Below, one piece after another: positions 9,537 to 19,050 of a DNA stretch of 64,000 nt. The position numbers were made by a program, and so were the translations under genes. Every line of letters begins with the position of its first letter. Position 1 is the first letter of the stretch. The stretch spans positions 20,179 to 84,178 of the forward strand of contig CAWFEI010000008.1 in the NCBI GenBank assembly GCA_963814915.1, read 5' to 3'. A model generated the notes under the pieces. It did no database searches. It had not been told where the DNA came from and saw only the letters and a list, made by a program, of their open reading frames with translations. The DNA comes from an uncultured Solirubrobacterales bacterium (GTDB taxonomy: Bacteria > Actinomycetota > Thermoleophilia > Solirubrobacterales > 70-9).

Positions 9537-9959
9537 CTACCGCCCGCCGAAGACCGCCTCCCACTCGTAGGCGGCGCCCGCCGAGCGGCCCCATTCCTCT
9601 TCCGGCGTGTCCTTGGCGAGCAGGACGGTGAACCGGTAGGTGCGCGACTCGCCCGCCCCGAAGCTGCCCAGCTCGATCCCATCCGGCGGGACCCCGCCGA
9701 TCTCGCCGATGAAGACGCGGCGCTCGGCACCGCCGCCTTCCTCGCGGATCGCCAAGCCGAGGCGGCCGGCGGCGAATCCGTTCGAGGCGGCGACCTCGAA
9801 GAGGCGCAGGGTCGCCGGCAGCGCGCCGAGGTTGGCGATCGTCACCTCGGCCCGTTGGCCTGTGCCCGGATTCAGCTCCCCGCCGGTGCGAATGGCGAGG
9901 CCATTGCGCGAGTTGCCCCGCACGATGCTGCCGGAGCTGAAAACGTTGGTCGGGTGCAT
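9537..9959 (-). CDS. Hypothetical protein, TasA/camelysin-like beta-sandwich without a signal peptide (tentative)
   Basis: The ATG at 9959 is preceded by AAGGAG with a 7-nt spacer. Segments TNVFSSGSI, NPGTGQRAEVTIANLGALPATLRL and GAGESRTYRFTVLL resemble the TasA/camelysin pattern, but there is no hydrophobic leader. Confidence 0.45.
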   Translation of the reverse strand: MHPTNVFSSGSIVRGNSRNGLAIRTGGELNPGTGQRAEVTIANLGALPATLRLFEVAASNGFAAGRLGLAIREEGGGAERRVFIGEIGGVPPDGIELGSFGAGESRTYRFTVLLAKDTPEEEWGRSAGAAYEWEAVFGGR

Positions 9960-10036
9960 CGGGTTGCTCCTTGTCGGATTCCCTGACACGCACCATCTGG
10001 CCTCCCCAGGCGGGCGATACCCGATTCACATTGATA

Positions 10037-10705
10037 TCAGTCCGGAAAAGCCTCAAGCCCGGCGTGCCAGGGGCCGGGCGGGTAGGTGTGCAGGCCGCTC
10101 TCCTCCAGCTCGCCCTGGAGGCGCTTGAATAGCTGGCCGGCGTTCTTCAGCGCCGCTTTCAGCTCCTCCTCGCTGCGCTCACGCAGGTGCCAGAGGAACC
10201 AGAGCTGGCGATCGTTGACGCCGAAGTCGATCTCGCCGGTCATCGTCGTCGTCCAGGTGAGGAATCCCGGGCTGAACAGCTCGCGCAGCTTGACCGGGTC
10301 GTACTCGCTGGGCACCGTCGCCTGGAAGCGCTTGTTGAACTCGATCGACTCGAACTCGACTTTGCGGCCGAAGCGCTTGGTGAGGACCTCGTGCCCCTCG
10401 ATCGACTCGACGTTGAAGGCCGGGATCACACTGGCGAGGTCGGGCATGTGCGCCTTGGCCAGCAGCGCAGCCGGCAGCAGCGCCTTGTTGAATAGGCCGC
10501 CGGTCTCCTTTTCGTCGGCGTCACAGCAGGCGCCCCAGAAGCCCTCGGCGAGCTGGCCGGTCAGCCGGTTGACCCCGCCGACGCAGAGCGCGACCGGCGC
10601 TTCCTTGGGGTTGATCCCGCCGACGGGCTCGTACCTCAAGTCATGCCGTTCGGCGTAGCGCCGCACGATCTCGGCCCACTCCCCGGCTTCCTGCTTCGCG
10701 CCCAC
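10037..10705 (-). CDS. Hypothetical protein (possibly DUF3137-like)
   Basis: 222-aa ORF with good coding character. The motif VEFESIEFNKRFQATVPSEYDP...LFSPGFLTW recalls DUF3137, a family I remember as often adjacent to LemA. This was not verified. Confidence 0.5.
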   Translation of the reverse strand: MGAKQEAGEWAEIVRRYAERHDLRYEPVGGINPKEAPVALCVGGVNRLTGQLAEGFWGACCDADEKETGGLFNKALLPAALLAKAHMPDLASVIPAFNVESIEGHEVLTKRFGRKVEFESIEFNKRFQATVPSEYDPVKLRELFSPGFLTWTTTMTGEIDFGVNDRQLWFLWHLRERSEEELKAALKNAGQLFKRLQGELEESGLHTYPPGPWHAGLEAFPD

Positions 10706-10742
10706 GACCCGATCCTAAGACGTGCCCCTGGCAGGGGGTAGG

Positions 10743-11312
10743 ATGGCGAGCATGTTGATTGCCATCGCAGTGGTCGTGGTCGTCGTTGTCCTCGTCCTCT
10801 ACTACATCTCCAAGCGCAACTCGATCATCGCCTCGCGCAACCGGGTCGACGAGTCGTGGAGCGGGATCGACGTTCAGCTCAAGCGCCGCCACGACCTCGT
10901 ACCCAACCTGGTCGAGACGGTCAAGGGCTATGCCACCCACGAGAGTCAGACCTTCGAGAAGACAACCCAGGCGCGTGCCGCCGCGATGCAGGCGCAGAGC
11001 GTCGAGGAAACCGCGAAGGCCGAGCAGAAGCTGACCCAGGCGCTGGCCGACGTGAAAGCTGTCGCCGAGAACTATCCGACCCTGCGCGCCACCGAGAACT
11101 TCCAGCAGCTCAGCCGCAACCTCTCGGAGCTGGAGGACGAAATCCAGGCCTCGCGACGGATCTACAACTCCAACGTGCAGTCCTACAACACCGACATCCA
11201 GCAGTTCCCGGGCTCGATCATCGCCAACCAGGGCGGCTTCACCGCCCGCGAGTACTTCGAGATCGAGGACAAATCCGAGCGCGAGCCGGTCTCCGTCAGC
11301 TTCGACAAATAG
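10743..11312 (+). CDS. LemA family membrane protein
   Basis: N-terminal TM segment plus RNRVDESWSGIDVQLKRRHDLVPNLVETVKGYATHE, the LemA signature. I prefer ATG 10743, which has an upstream GGGGGTAGG. Confidence 0.85.
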   Translation: MASMLIAIAVVVVVVVLVLYYISKRNSIIASRNRVDESWSGIDVQLKRRHDLVPNLVETVKGYATHESQTFEKTTQARAAAMQAQSVEETAKAEQKLTQALADVKAVAENYPTLRATENFQQLSRNLSELEDEIQASRRIYNSNVQSYNTDIQQFPGSIIANQGGFTAREYFEIEDKSEREPVSVSFDK

Positions 11313-11335
11313 GTAGCTTCATCTAAGCTCTCACC

Positions 11336-11527
11336 ATGAGTGCGACGACCGAGACAACGCTGTGGATCTGCGAGAGCTGCGGGTTCATCTACGACCCCGC
11401 GATCGGCGATCCGGACGGCGGCATCCCACCGGGAACCGCCTTCGAGGACGTCCCGAGCGACTGGTTCTGCCCCGTCTGCGGAGCGCGGACGTCAGACTTC
11501 CGCCCCGTAGAGCCAGGGGAGGCCTAA
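11336..11527 (+). CDS. Rubredoxin
   Basis: 63-aa ORF with two CxxC pairs (CESCG and CPVCG) and the WxCxxCGxxYDP-type pattern. Confidence 0.9.
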
Positions 11528-11573
11528 CCGGCCCGCCCGCGGCGGACGCGGGTGCGAGTGAGCGGGATCGCCG

Positions 11574-13250
11574 GTGACTATGAGTGCGATGGAGAGAGAG
11601 CCGAGCACGCGGGCGGAATTTGATTTCGACTGGATCGTCGTCGGGTCCGGCTTCGGCGGCAGCGTCTCGGCGCTGCGCCTTGCCGAAAAGGGCCACGACG
11701 TCGCGGTGCTCGAGTGCGGCAAGCGGTTCGGCGACGACGACTTCCCGAGCTCGACCTGGGACAGCCGGCGCTACTTCTGGGCGCCGCGGATCGGGATGAA
11801 GGGGATCTTCCGGCTGAGCCTGTTCCGCGACGTCACCGTGGTCAGCGGCTGCGGCGTCGGCGGCGGCAGCCTCGGCTACGCGAACACGCTCTACGTCCCC
11901 CCCGCCCAGTTCTTCGAGGACGCGCAGTGGGCCGACCTCGACGACTGGCAGGCCCGCCTGATGCCGCACTACGAAACCGCGCAGCGGATGCTCGGCGTCA
12001 CCGTGCACGATCGCGACGACCCGGCCGACCAGCTTCTCCGCGAGCTCGGCGAGGAGCTCGGCGTCGGCGACACCTACAGCAAGACCCCGGTCGGCGTCTA
12101 CCTCGACAACCCCGGCCAGACCGTAGCCGACCCCTACTTCGAAGGCGCGGGGCCGGAGCGCACTGGCTGCCTGCAGTGCGGCCGCTGCATGGTCGGCTGC
12201 CCGCACGGGGCGAAGAACACCCTGGTCAAGAACTACCTCTGGCTGGCCGAGCAGCGCGGCGTCGAGGTGCAGGCGGAGCGCACCGTGACCGACATCCGGC
12301 CGCTCGGCGCCGCCGACGGCAGTGACGGCTACGCGGTGACCAGCGAGCGCTCGGGGGTCCTCCGCGGGCGCCGCAGGCGCACGCTGAAGGCGCGCGGCGT
12401 GATCGTCGCCGCCGGGGCGCTGGGCACCAACAAGCTGCTGCAGCGCTGCCGGCTCGGCGGCTCGCTGCCGAAGATCTCGCCGCGGCTCGGCGAGCTGGTG
12501 CGGACCAACAGCGAGAGCCTCCTCTCCGTGCGCGTGCCGGCCGACTACCCCGAGGACCTGAGTCGCCGCGTCGCGATCACCTCGAGCATCTACCCCGACC
12601 CGCACACCCACATCGAGACCGTCACCTACGGCAGGGCGGGCGACTCGATGAGCACGCTGAACACGCTGCTGGTCGGCGACGGGACGCGGGTCACGCGGCC
12701 GCTGAAGCTGCTCGGCCAGATCCTCCGCCACCCGGTCAGGTTCGCCGAGGTGCTGTGGCCGTTCGGCACTTCGCACCGCACGATCATCCTGCTCGTCATG
12801 CAGACGCTCGACAACGCGATCGCGCTGCGGCCGCGGCTGAAGCGCAACGGCGAGGTGAAGCTGCAAACCGAACAGGACCCCGAGCGGCCCAACCCGACCT
12901 TCATCCCGGTCGCCAACAAGGCCGCCGAATGGTTCGCCGAGCGCACCGGCGGGATCGCCCAGAGCTCGATCATGGAGGCAACCTTCAACGTGCCGACGAC
13001 CGCCCACATCCTCGGCGGCGCGGCGATCGGCCACAGCCCCGAGGACGGCGTCGTCGACGCCCGCCAGCGCGTCTTCGGCTACGAGAACCTGATGGTCTGC
13101 GACGGCGCGGCGATCCCGGCCAACGTCGGCGTCAACCCGAGCCTGACGATCACCGCGCTGGCCGAGAACGCGATCGCCCAGGTCCCGGCCAAGGAAGGCG
13201 CCGAGCCGCGCGACCTGCCGAAGGCCGCGCAGCCGGCACCGGTCGCCTGA
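11574..13250 (+). CDS. GMC-family FAD-dependent oxidoreductase (cholesterol-oxidase-like)
   Basis: 558-aa ORF with an N-terminal DWIVVGSGFGGSVSALRLAEKG dinucleotide-binding fold and a C-terminal GMC-type segment (HILGGAAIG...VCDGAAIPANVGVNPSLTI). Confidence 0.8.
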   Translation: MTMSAMEREPSTRAEFDFDWIVVGSGFGGSVSALRLAEKGHDVAVLECGKRFGDDDFPSSTWDSRRYFWAPRIGMKGIFRLSLFRDVTVVSGCGVGGGSLGYANTLYVPPAQFFEDAQWADLDDWQARLMPHYETAQRMLGVTVHDRDDPADQLLRELGEELGVGDTYSKTPVGVYLDNPGQTVADPYFEGAGPERTGCLQCGRCMVGCPHGAKNTLVKNYLWLAEQRGVEVQAERTVTDIRPLGAADGSDGYAVTSERSGVLRGRRRRTLKARGVIVAAGALGTNKLLQRCRLGGSLPKISPRLGELVRTNSESLLSVRVPADYPEDLSRRVAITSSIYPDPHTHIETVTYGRAGDSMSTLNTLLVGDGTRVTRPLKLLGQILRHPVRFAEVLWPFGTSHRTIILLVMQTLDNAIALRPRLKRNGEVKLQTEQDPERPNPTFIPVANKAAEWFAERTGGIAQSSIMEATFNVPTTAHILGGAAIGHSPEDGVVDARQRVFGYENLMVCDGAAIPANVGVNPSLTITALAENAIAQVPAKEGAEPRDLPKAAQPAPVA

Positions 13251-13253
13251 GCC

Positions 13254-13859
<606 letters not shown>

Positions 13860-13996
13860 CTTTGAAGCTCCTTGTTCGTTTTGGAAGTCCTATCGGAGCC
13901 TAGCTGCTTGCTAGCTTGTCTTCGGAGTGGCTGCACGGCCTGCGTCGAAGGCTCGAGGGCGGCATCGGTTCGGGGAGCCGGCCCTGCATTTGAGCG

Positions 13997-14755
13997 ATGG
14001 ATTCGGAGCTGCAAAAAGACGAGGAGCTGTGGCGGCGATTCACTCGCGATCGCGACCCTGCGATCCGCGAGCAGCTGGTCCGTCGCAACATGCCCTTCGC
14101 CAAGCGCCTGGCCCTGCGCTACCGCGGCGCCAGCGAGTCCTTCGACGATCTGCTCCAGGTCGCCAACCTGGGCTTGCTCAACGCGATCGACCGCTTCGAC
14201 CCCGGGCGCGGCATCCCCTTCACCGCGTTCGCGTCGCCGACCATCCTCGGCGAGCTCAAACGCCACTTCCGCGATCGCGTCTGGACGGTGCGGGTGCCGC
14301 GCGGCCTGCACGACCGCATGGCCGAAGTCGACAAAGCGGTCACCGAGCTGACCAAGAAACTGCAACGCTCGCCCTCGGTGGGCGAGATCGCCGAACGGCT
14401 CGGCGTCGAGCAGACCGACGTGCTCGAGGTGATGGAGGCCAACCACAACCGCAGGCCGCTCTCGCTCGACCGGCCGGCCGGGTCCGACGACGGCGACGAC
14501 TCCTCACCGACCGAGTGGGTCGGTGAGGAGGACGACTCTTTCGAGCTCGTCGAGGGACGGCTCGCGCTCGACTCGGCGCTGCCCTTCCTCGACGAGCGCG
14601 AGCGCCTGGTCCTGCGCCTGCGCTTCGCCGAGGACATGACGCAGTCGCAGATCGCCGAGCGCATCGGCAACTCTCAGATGCACGTCTCGCGGATCCTGCG
14701 GCGGGCCTTGGCGCGAATCAGGGACCAGATCAAAGAGCAGCGGCAAAGCGAATGA
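13997..14755 (+). CDS. Group 3 sigma-70 factor of SigB/SigF type
   Basis: 252-aa ORF with region 2 (DLLQVANLGLLNAIDRFDP), region 3 and region 4.2 (SQIAERIGNSQMHVSRILRRAL). An RsbW-like kinase and a STAS protein are adjacent. Confidence 0.85.
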   Translation: MDSELQKDEELWRRFTRDRDPAIREQLVRRNMPFAKRLALRYRGASESFDDLLQVANLGLLNAIDRFDPGRGIPFTAFASPTILGELKRHFRDRVWTVRVPRGLHDRMAEVDKAVTELTKKLQRSPSVGEIAERLGVEQTDVLEVMEANHNRRPLSLDRPAGSDDGDDSSPTEWVGEEDDSFELVEGRLALDSALPFLDERERLVLRLRFAEDMTQSQIAERIGNSQMHVSRILRRALARIRDQIKEQRQSE

Positions 14756-15620
14756 CGAGGTACTCGCCGTCTCCCGACCCCTCGACGGCGAGCCCGTCCG
14801 CCAGCTTCTCCAGCGAGCCGCCGACATCCGGCAGCTCGAGGTCCTCGCGGATCTGAGTCGCAGCCCCTGAGTCCATCGGGCCGAGGCGGAGCTCGATGCC
14901 GCCGCCGCCCTCGTCGAGGCCGAGCTTGACCCTGCCGTCGGCGAAGCGTCGCGGCGCCGCGCTGGCGATCGCATCGGTGACGAGCACGGCATCGGAGACG
15001 CGATCGACCGGGAGATCGCGGCGGGCGGCGAGCGCGCCGACCACACGGGCGAGGACCGGGCCGAGCAGCTCCGAGCGGTCGATCGTCATCTCGGTGCGCT
15101 CCTGCGGGACAGGCTTCATCTCGACCGGGTCGCTGCCGTTGGCGCCACCGCCCTCAAGCGGCACCCGCATCGTGATCTCGGTTCCCTGGTCGAGGCCGCC
15201 GGAGATTGAGAAGCTGCCGGAGAGCGCCGCGATCAGGGAAAGGCCCAGCCGCAGGCTGTCGCGATCGGTCGAGGCCTGCGGCCTGATCCCGACGCCCTCG
15301 TCGCGCACGATCACGGTGAGGCCGTCCTCGTCGGGCATGGCCTCGACGCTCAGCGGGCCCGGCCTGCCCTGGTAGGCGTGGACGACGACGTTCATGCAGG
15401 CCTCGGTGACGACGGTCTTGAGATCGGCCAGGCCCGGTTCGTCCATCCCGATCTCCTCCGCCAGGCCGGCGAGGGCGTGGCGGACGACAGCGACGTTCTC
15501 CGGTTTTGCGGGCAACACCAACTGAAGCCCCCTGGGCCTGTCTTGGATCGCCGAAGTGTGTGAGCTGAACCCCATCTTGCCGCCGAGCGAAGCGTCCCCC
15601 GCGGTAACGAGCATAGTCAT
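14730..15620 (-). CDS. RsbW/SpoIIAB-like anti-sigma serine kinase with an extra C-terminal domain of about 140 aa
   Basis: HATPase_c-like core (VVRHALAGLAEEIG...VVTEACMNVVVHAY...LTVIVRDEGVGI). I prefer the start at ATG 15620 or 15575, because the track start at 15785 would overlap the divergent STAS gene. Its 3' end overlaps the sigma gene 3' end by 26 nt. Confidence 0.7.
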   Translation of the reverse strand: MTMLVTAGDASLGGKMGFSSHTSAIQDRPRGLQLVLPAKPENVAVVRHALAGLAEEIGMDEPGLADLKTVVTEACMNVVVHAYQGRPGPLSVEAMPDEDGLTVIVRDEGVGIRPQASTDRDSLRLGLSLIAALSGSFSISGGLDQGTEITMRVPLEGGGANGSDPVEMKPVPQERTEMTIDRSELLGPVLARVVGALAARRDLPVDRVSDAVLVTDAIASAAPRRFADGRVKLGLDEGGGGIELRLGPMDSGAATQIREDLELPDVGGSLEKLADGLAVEGSGDGEYLVIRFAAAL

Positions 15621-15716
15621 CGGGCTTTCAAGTCCCACCGCTACCCCGGCCGTTCCGGGCACAAACCACTCCCGCGGCGATGGGGCGGAATCGCAGGCCT
15701 GATGTAGGATCGGACC

Positions 15717-16085
15717 GTGAGCCCAGTTCCCTTCGCAGTGGATAGCCAGGAGCTCGGCGATGGCATCCGTGCCTTCACCGTTCACGGCGAGTTGGACATG
15801 AGCACGGCCCCCGACTTGGAGGGCAAGCTCGATGAGGCGCTGGCCGGTTCCGGCACGTCGATCGTGCTCGACCTCGGCGAGTGTGAGTTCATCGACTCGA
15901 CCGGGATCGCCCTAATCGTGCGCGCCTGGCAACGGCTGGATGGCAACGGCGATGCCGGCCACGGCCGGCTCGTGCTCTGTTGCGTAAATCATCAGGTGCG
16001 GCGGCTACTGAAGATAACCGGGGTCGAAGGCTCGATCCCGATGCACGAGCGGCGCGACGACGCGCTGGCCGATCTGCGCGGCTGA
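15717..16085 (+). CDS. STAS-domain anti-sigma-factor antagonist (RsbV/SpoIIAA-like)
   Basis: 122-aa ORF with FTVHGELDMSTAPDLEGKLDEAL...LDLGECEFIDSTGIALIV, which includes the conserved phosphorylatable DSTG context. Confidence 0.8.
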   Translation: MSPVPFAVDSQELGDGIRAFTVHGELDMSTAPDLEGKLDEALAGSGTSIVLDLGECEFIDSTGIALIVRAWQRLDGNGDAGHGRLVLCCVNHQVRRLLKITGVEGSIPMHERRDDALADLRG

Positions 16086-16137
16086 CCGCGCCGAGAATCA
16101 CGCGCATGAAGACAGCCTGATTGGGTAGCGGACCGCC

Positions 16138-17031
16138 ATGCCCGCCCCGCGCAGGAGAGTGCCCCGCGAGCTGTTTGAGACGCAAACCCACAGCTGGCAC
16201 GCCGTTGGCCTCGGCGAGGAGCTTGAATCGAGCTCCTCGCCGCGCGGGCTCGGCAGCCTGCTGATCGCGCTCGTCGTCATCGCCGGCACGATGGTCATCT
16301 ACTACCAGCGCCAGGAGTGGCTGCCGGGCTACGGCGTCTGGGTCAAGGCTGCCACCGCCGGGATCCTGGTGATCGTCGGCTCGGTCGCGGTGCACTGGCT
16401 GGTCCGGGCGGTCTCGCCGCGACTGTTCCGCAGGCTCGACCCCGCCACCGCGGGCACCTTCGGCTTCCTGATCCGCCTCTTCACGATGTCCGTGGTCGTG
16501 ATCGTGGCCCTGCGCGTGGCCGGGATCAAAGCCAGCACGCTCGCCCTCGGCGGCACGATCACAGCGGTCGTCCTGGGCCTCGCCGCACAGCAATCGCTCG
16601 GCGGGATCTTTGCCGGAGTCGTCCTGCAGAGCACCCGGCCCTTCCGGGTCGGCGAACGGGTGCGCCTGGTCGGCGGCTTCCTCGGCGGGCAGCAGGAAGG
16701 CACCGTCAGCTCGCTCGGCCTCTTTTACACGACGCTCGCCCAGGGCGCCGATCGCATCCAGATTCCCAACAGCGTGATGATCAACGTAGCCGTGGTGCCG
16801 ATGCGCGAGCCGGAACGGATCTACCTGCGGGCGCGCTTCGCGGACGATGCCAGCCCGCAGCGGATCGAGCGGCGCCTGCTCGAGACGATCGACACGCCCA
16901 CCCGCTATCCCCCGTTCGTGGCCCTCGAGGAGATCGACGAGGACGGCGTCGTGCTGCGGATCAGCGCCACTCCGCTGCGCCCCGGCGACGGCTCGCAGCT
17001 GGCCGAGGAAGTGCTCGAAGCGCTGCGCTAG
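16138..17031 (+). CDS. Mechanosensitive ion channel (MscS family)
   Basis: 297-aa ORF with TM helices followed by LGGTITAVVLGLAAQQSLGGIFAGVVLQSTRPFRVGERVRL. Confidence 0.8.
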   Translation: MPAPRRRVPRELFETQTHSWHAVGLGEELESSSSPRGLGSLLIALVVIAGTMVIYYQRQEWLPGYGVWVKAATAGILVIVGSVAVHWLVRAVSPRLFRRLDPATAGTFGFLIRLFTMSVVVIVALRVAGIKASTLALGGTITAVVLGLAAQQSLGGIFAGVVLQSTRPFRVGERVRLVGGFLGGQQEGTVSSLGLFYTTLAQGADRIQIPNSVMINVAVVPMREPERIYLRARFADDASPQRIERRLLETIDTPTRYPPFVALEEIDEDGVVLRISATPLRPGDGSQLAEEVLEALR

Positions 17032-17447
17032 TCGCGGCTCTCCCGCGGCTCGCCGGCGAAGCGGGCGACCGCCTGCTCGGGGTCGGTGAACACCTCGCCG
17101 CGGACGAACCGGCCTTCGCGCACCCGCCAGATCCAGGCGACCGGGACATCGCGGATGCCCAGCTCGCGACTGCGCGCATAGGCGCGTCCGCGGACCAGCA
17201 GCCTGTCGCCGCGAGCCTCGACTTCACTCGGGGTTATCTGCAGCTCTTCCCAGGCCTCGGCGACGTCGGCGAGGTAGTCGCGCAGCCCGGCGGAGCCCCT
17301 GTAGGCGGCTTCGCGTCCAACAGCCTCGGCGGTCACGACCGGGAAGAACTCGAGGGCCTCGTCACAGAGCTCGACGATGCAAGCTTCGTCGCGGTGGTTG
17401 AAGCAGTCGTAGAGGCGGGCGACCAGCGCCAGCTGGGCGTCAGGCAT
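17028..17447 (-). CDS. SnoaL/NTF2-like small protein
   Basis: 139 aa starting MPDAQLALVARLYDCFNHRD..., a ketosteroid-isomerase-like pattern. Its ATG overlaps the stop of the upstream PP2C reading frame (ATGCCTGA). Confidence 0.65.
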   Translation of the reverse strand: MPDAQLALVARLYDCFNHRDEACIVELCDEALEFFPVVTAEAVGREAAYRGSAGLRDYLADVAEAWEELQITPSEVEARGDRLLVRGRAYARSRELGIRDVPVAWIWRVREGRFVRGEVFTDPEQAVARFAGEPRESRD

Positions 17448-18887
17448 CGGCGTTGTCCAGGCTGAGCACCACCGGGGCCGGGCGATCGGTCGTCGGAGGC
17501 GCGGTTGCTTCGGCGCTGCGATCGCCCGAGGCCCGGGCGATCGCCAGCATCGCCACGTCGTCCTCGAAGCGACCCTCGGTGAACGCGTGCAGGGAGCTCT
17601 CCAGGCGCTGGACGGTGAGCGCCGGGTTGCCGGCGCCGGCGACGTGGGCGCGCAGGCGCTCCTCGCCGAAGCGCCCCTCGGATCCCAGCGCATCGGTGAT
17701 CCCGTCGGTGACGACGACCAGCTGCTGGCCGGGCTCGACCTCGGCCCGGGCGATCGTCCACTCGGCGTCGTCGAAGGCGCCGAGCACGGGGTCGGTCCCG
17801 GAGACCTCGGTGACCTCCCCCCCGTCGACCAGCAACGGGGGCGGGTGCCCGGCGACCGCGACGCGCACCGGTTCGAAGCGGTCCTCGCTGAGCGTGATCG
17901 CCACGAGGCTGCACAGAGCGCGAGTCGCCGCGGGCAAGCAGGGCCCCGTTGAGCGTGCGGAGGGCAACCAGCGGGTCGTCGGTGAGCACCGCGGCGGTGC
18001 GCAGCGTGTAGCGGGCGGCGGCGGTGATCGAGGCGGCTCGGGCGCCGCGCCCGGTGACGTCGCCGATCACCAGCATCCAGCCGCCCGGAACACGGAAGAC
18101 GTCGTAGAAATCGCCGCCGACCTCGTTCTCGGAACCGGCCGGCCGGTACATCGCGGCGACCGACCAGCCGGGGATGTGCGGCAGGGGCGAGGGCAGCAGA
18201 CCGCGCTGCAGGGTCTCGGCGATCTCGGCGCGGGACCGCTCGGCCCGCTCGAGGTCGGCGAAGAGGCCGGCGTTGTCGAGCGCCAGGGCGACTCTGCCGG
18301 AGAGGATCCAGGCGAAGCGGGCGTCCTCGCGCCGGAAGCGACGCCCCGACCATGCGACGGCGATCGTCAGCGCGCCGGTGACTTCGCCGCGAGCCTGCAG
18401 GGCCACCGTGATCGCCGAGCGCATCCCCAGACCGCGCAGGAACTGGAAGTCCTCCGCGTCGTGCGAAAGGCCGCGCACGTCGGCTTCCGAGATACGCTCG
18501 TAGAAGCGCGGCTCGAGCGAGGAGCCGTCGCCCTCGACCATGCGCGGCGGAGTCGAGGGCATGCGTTCGTTCAGCCCCGCCTCGAACTCCGGGGGCGCGC
18601 CCGAAGCGACGCGGACGGCCGCGCGCCTCGGGACCCGATCCTCGTCGATCACGTCGATCATGCAGAAGTCGCCGAACTCGGGCACGAGGATCGCGCAGAT
18701 CGCATCGAAGGTCTCGGTCGAGCGGATCGCCGGCCTCCGAGACAGCGGCGATGTCGGCGAGGATCTGGAAGCGTCGGCGGGCCTTGCGCTCGCGCAGGGC
18801 GATGACCGCAAGCAGGGCAAGCGTCGACACGGCGGCAAAAGCCCCCACGCCTATCGCGATCCAGTCGATTTCCTGGCCTCCGTTCAT
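17440..18887 (-). pseudogene. TM-GAF-PP2C (SpoIIE/RsbU-type) phosphatase, disrupted by one certain and one probable frameshift
   Basis: The protein is spread over three reading frames:
- The TM N-terminus MNGGQEIDWIAIGVGAFAAVSTLALLAVIAL is in the frame of ORF 17028..18887.
- The GAF domain and first PP2C half (TETFDAICAILVPEFGDFC...VGGDFYDV...VIGDVTGRGARAA...LNGALLARGD) are in the frame of ORF 17333..18838.
- The second PP2C half (ALCSLVAITL...VAGHPPPLLV...VVVTDGITDA...DDVAMLAI) is in the frame of ORF 17440..17967.

The frame switches fall at about 18725-18750 and about 17915-17930. Confidence 0.75.
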
Positions 18888-19050
18888 CGTCTCGCGACCC
18901 GCAACGACAGTAGCTATCGCCCTTTGAAATGTCTAACCCCGCTGGAGCGCAAGATCACACACAGCGGCGATTCCAACCCGATCGCGCACGTCCTGCGCGT
19001 GGACGAGCGAGCCGGACCGCCGGTCGTTAGCTACAAGCCTCCGATCCGGC

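Noticed and set aside
17028-18887. A single 619-aa ORF, as listed in the track
   Set aside because: Only its first ~50 codons (TM segment) and last 139 codons (SnoaL-like) look like real protein. The middle is an out-of-frame reading of the GAF-PP2C gene. I re-interpreted the span as a frameshifted phosphatase plus a separate SnoaL-like gene.
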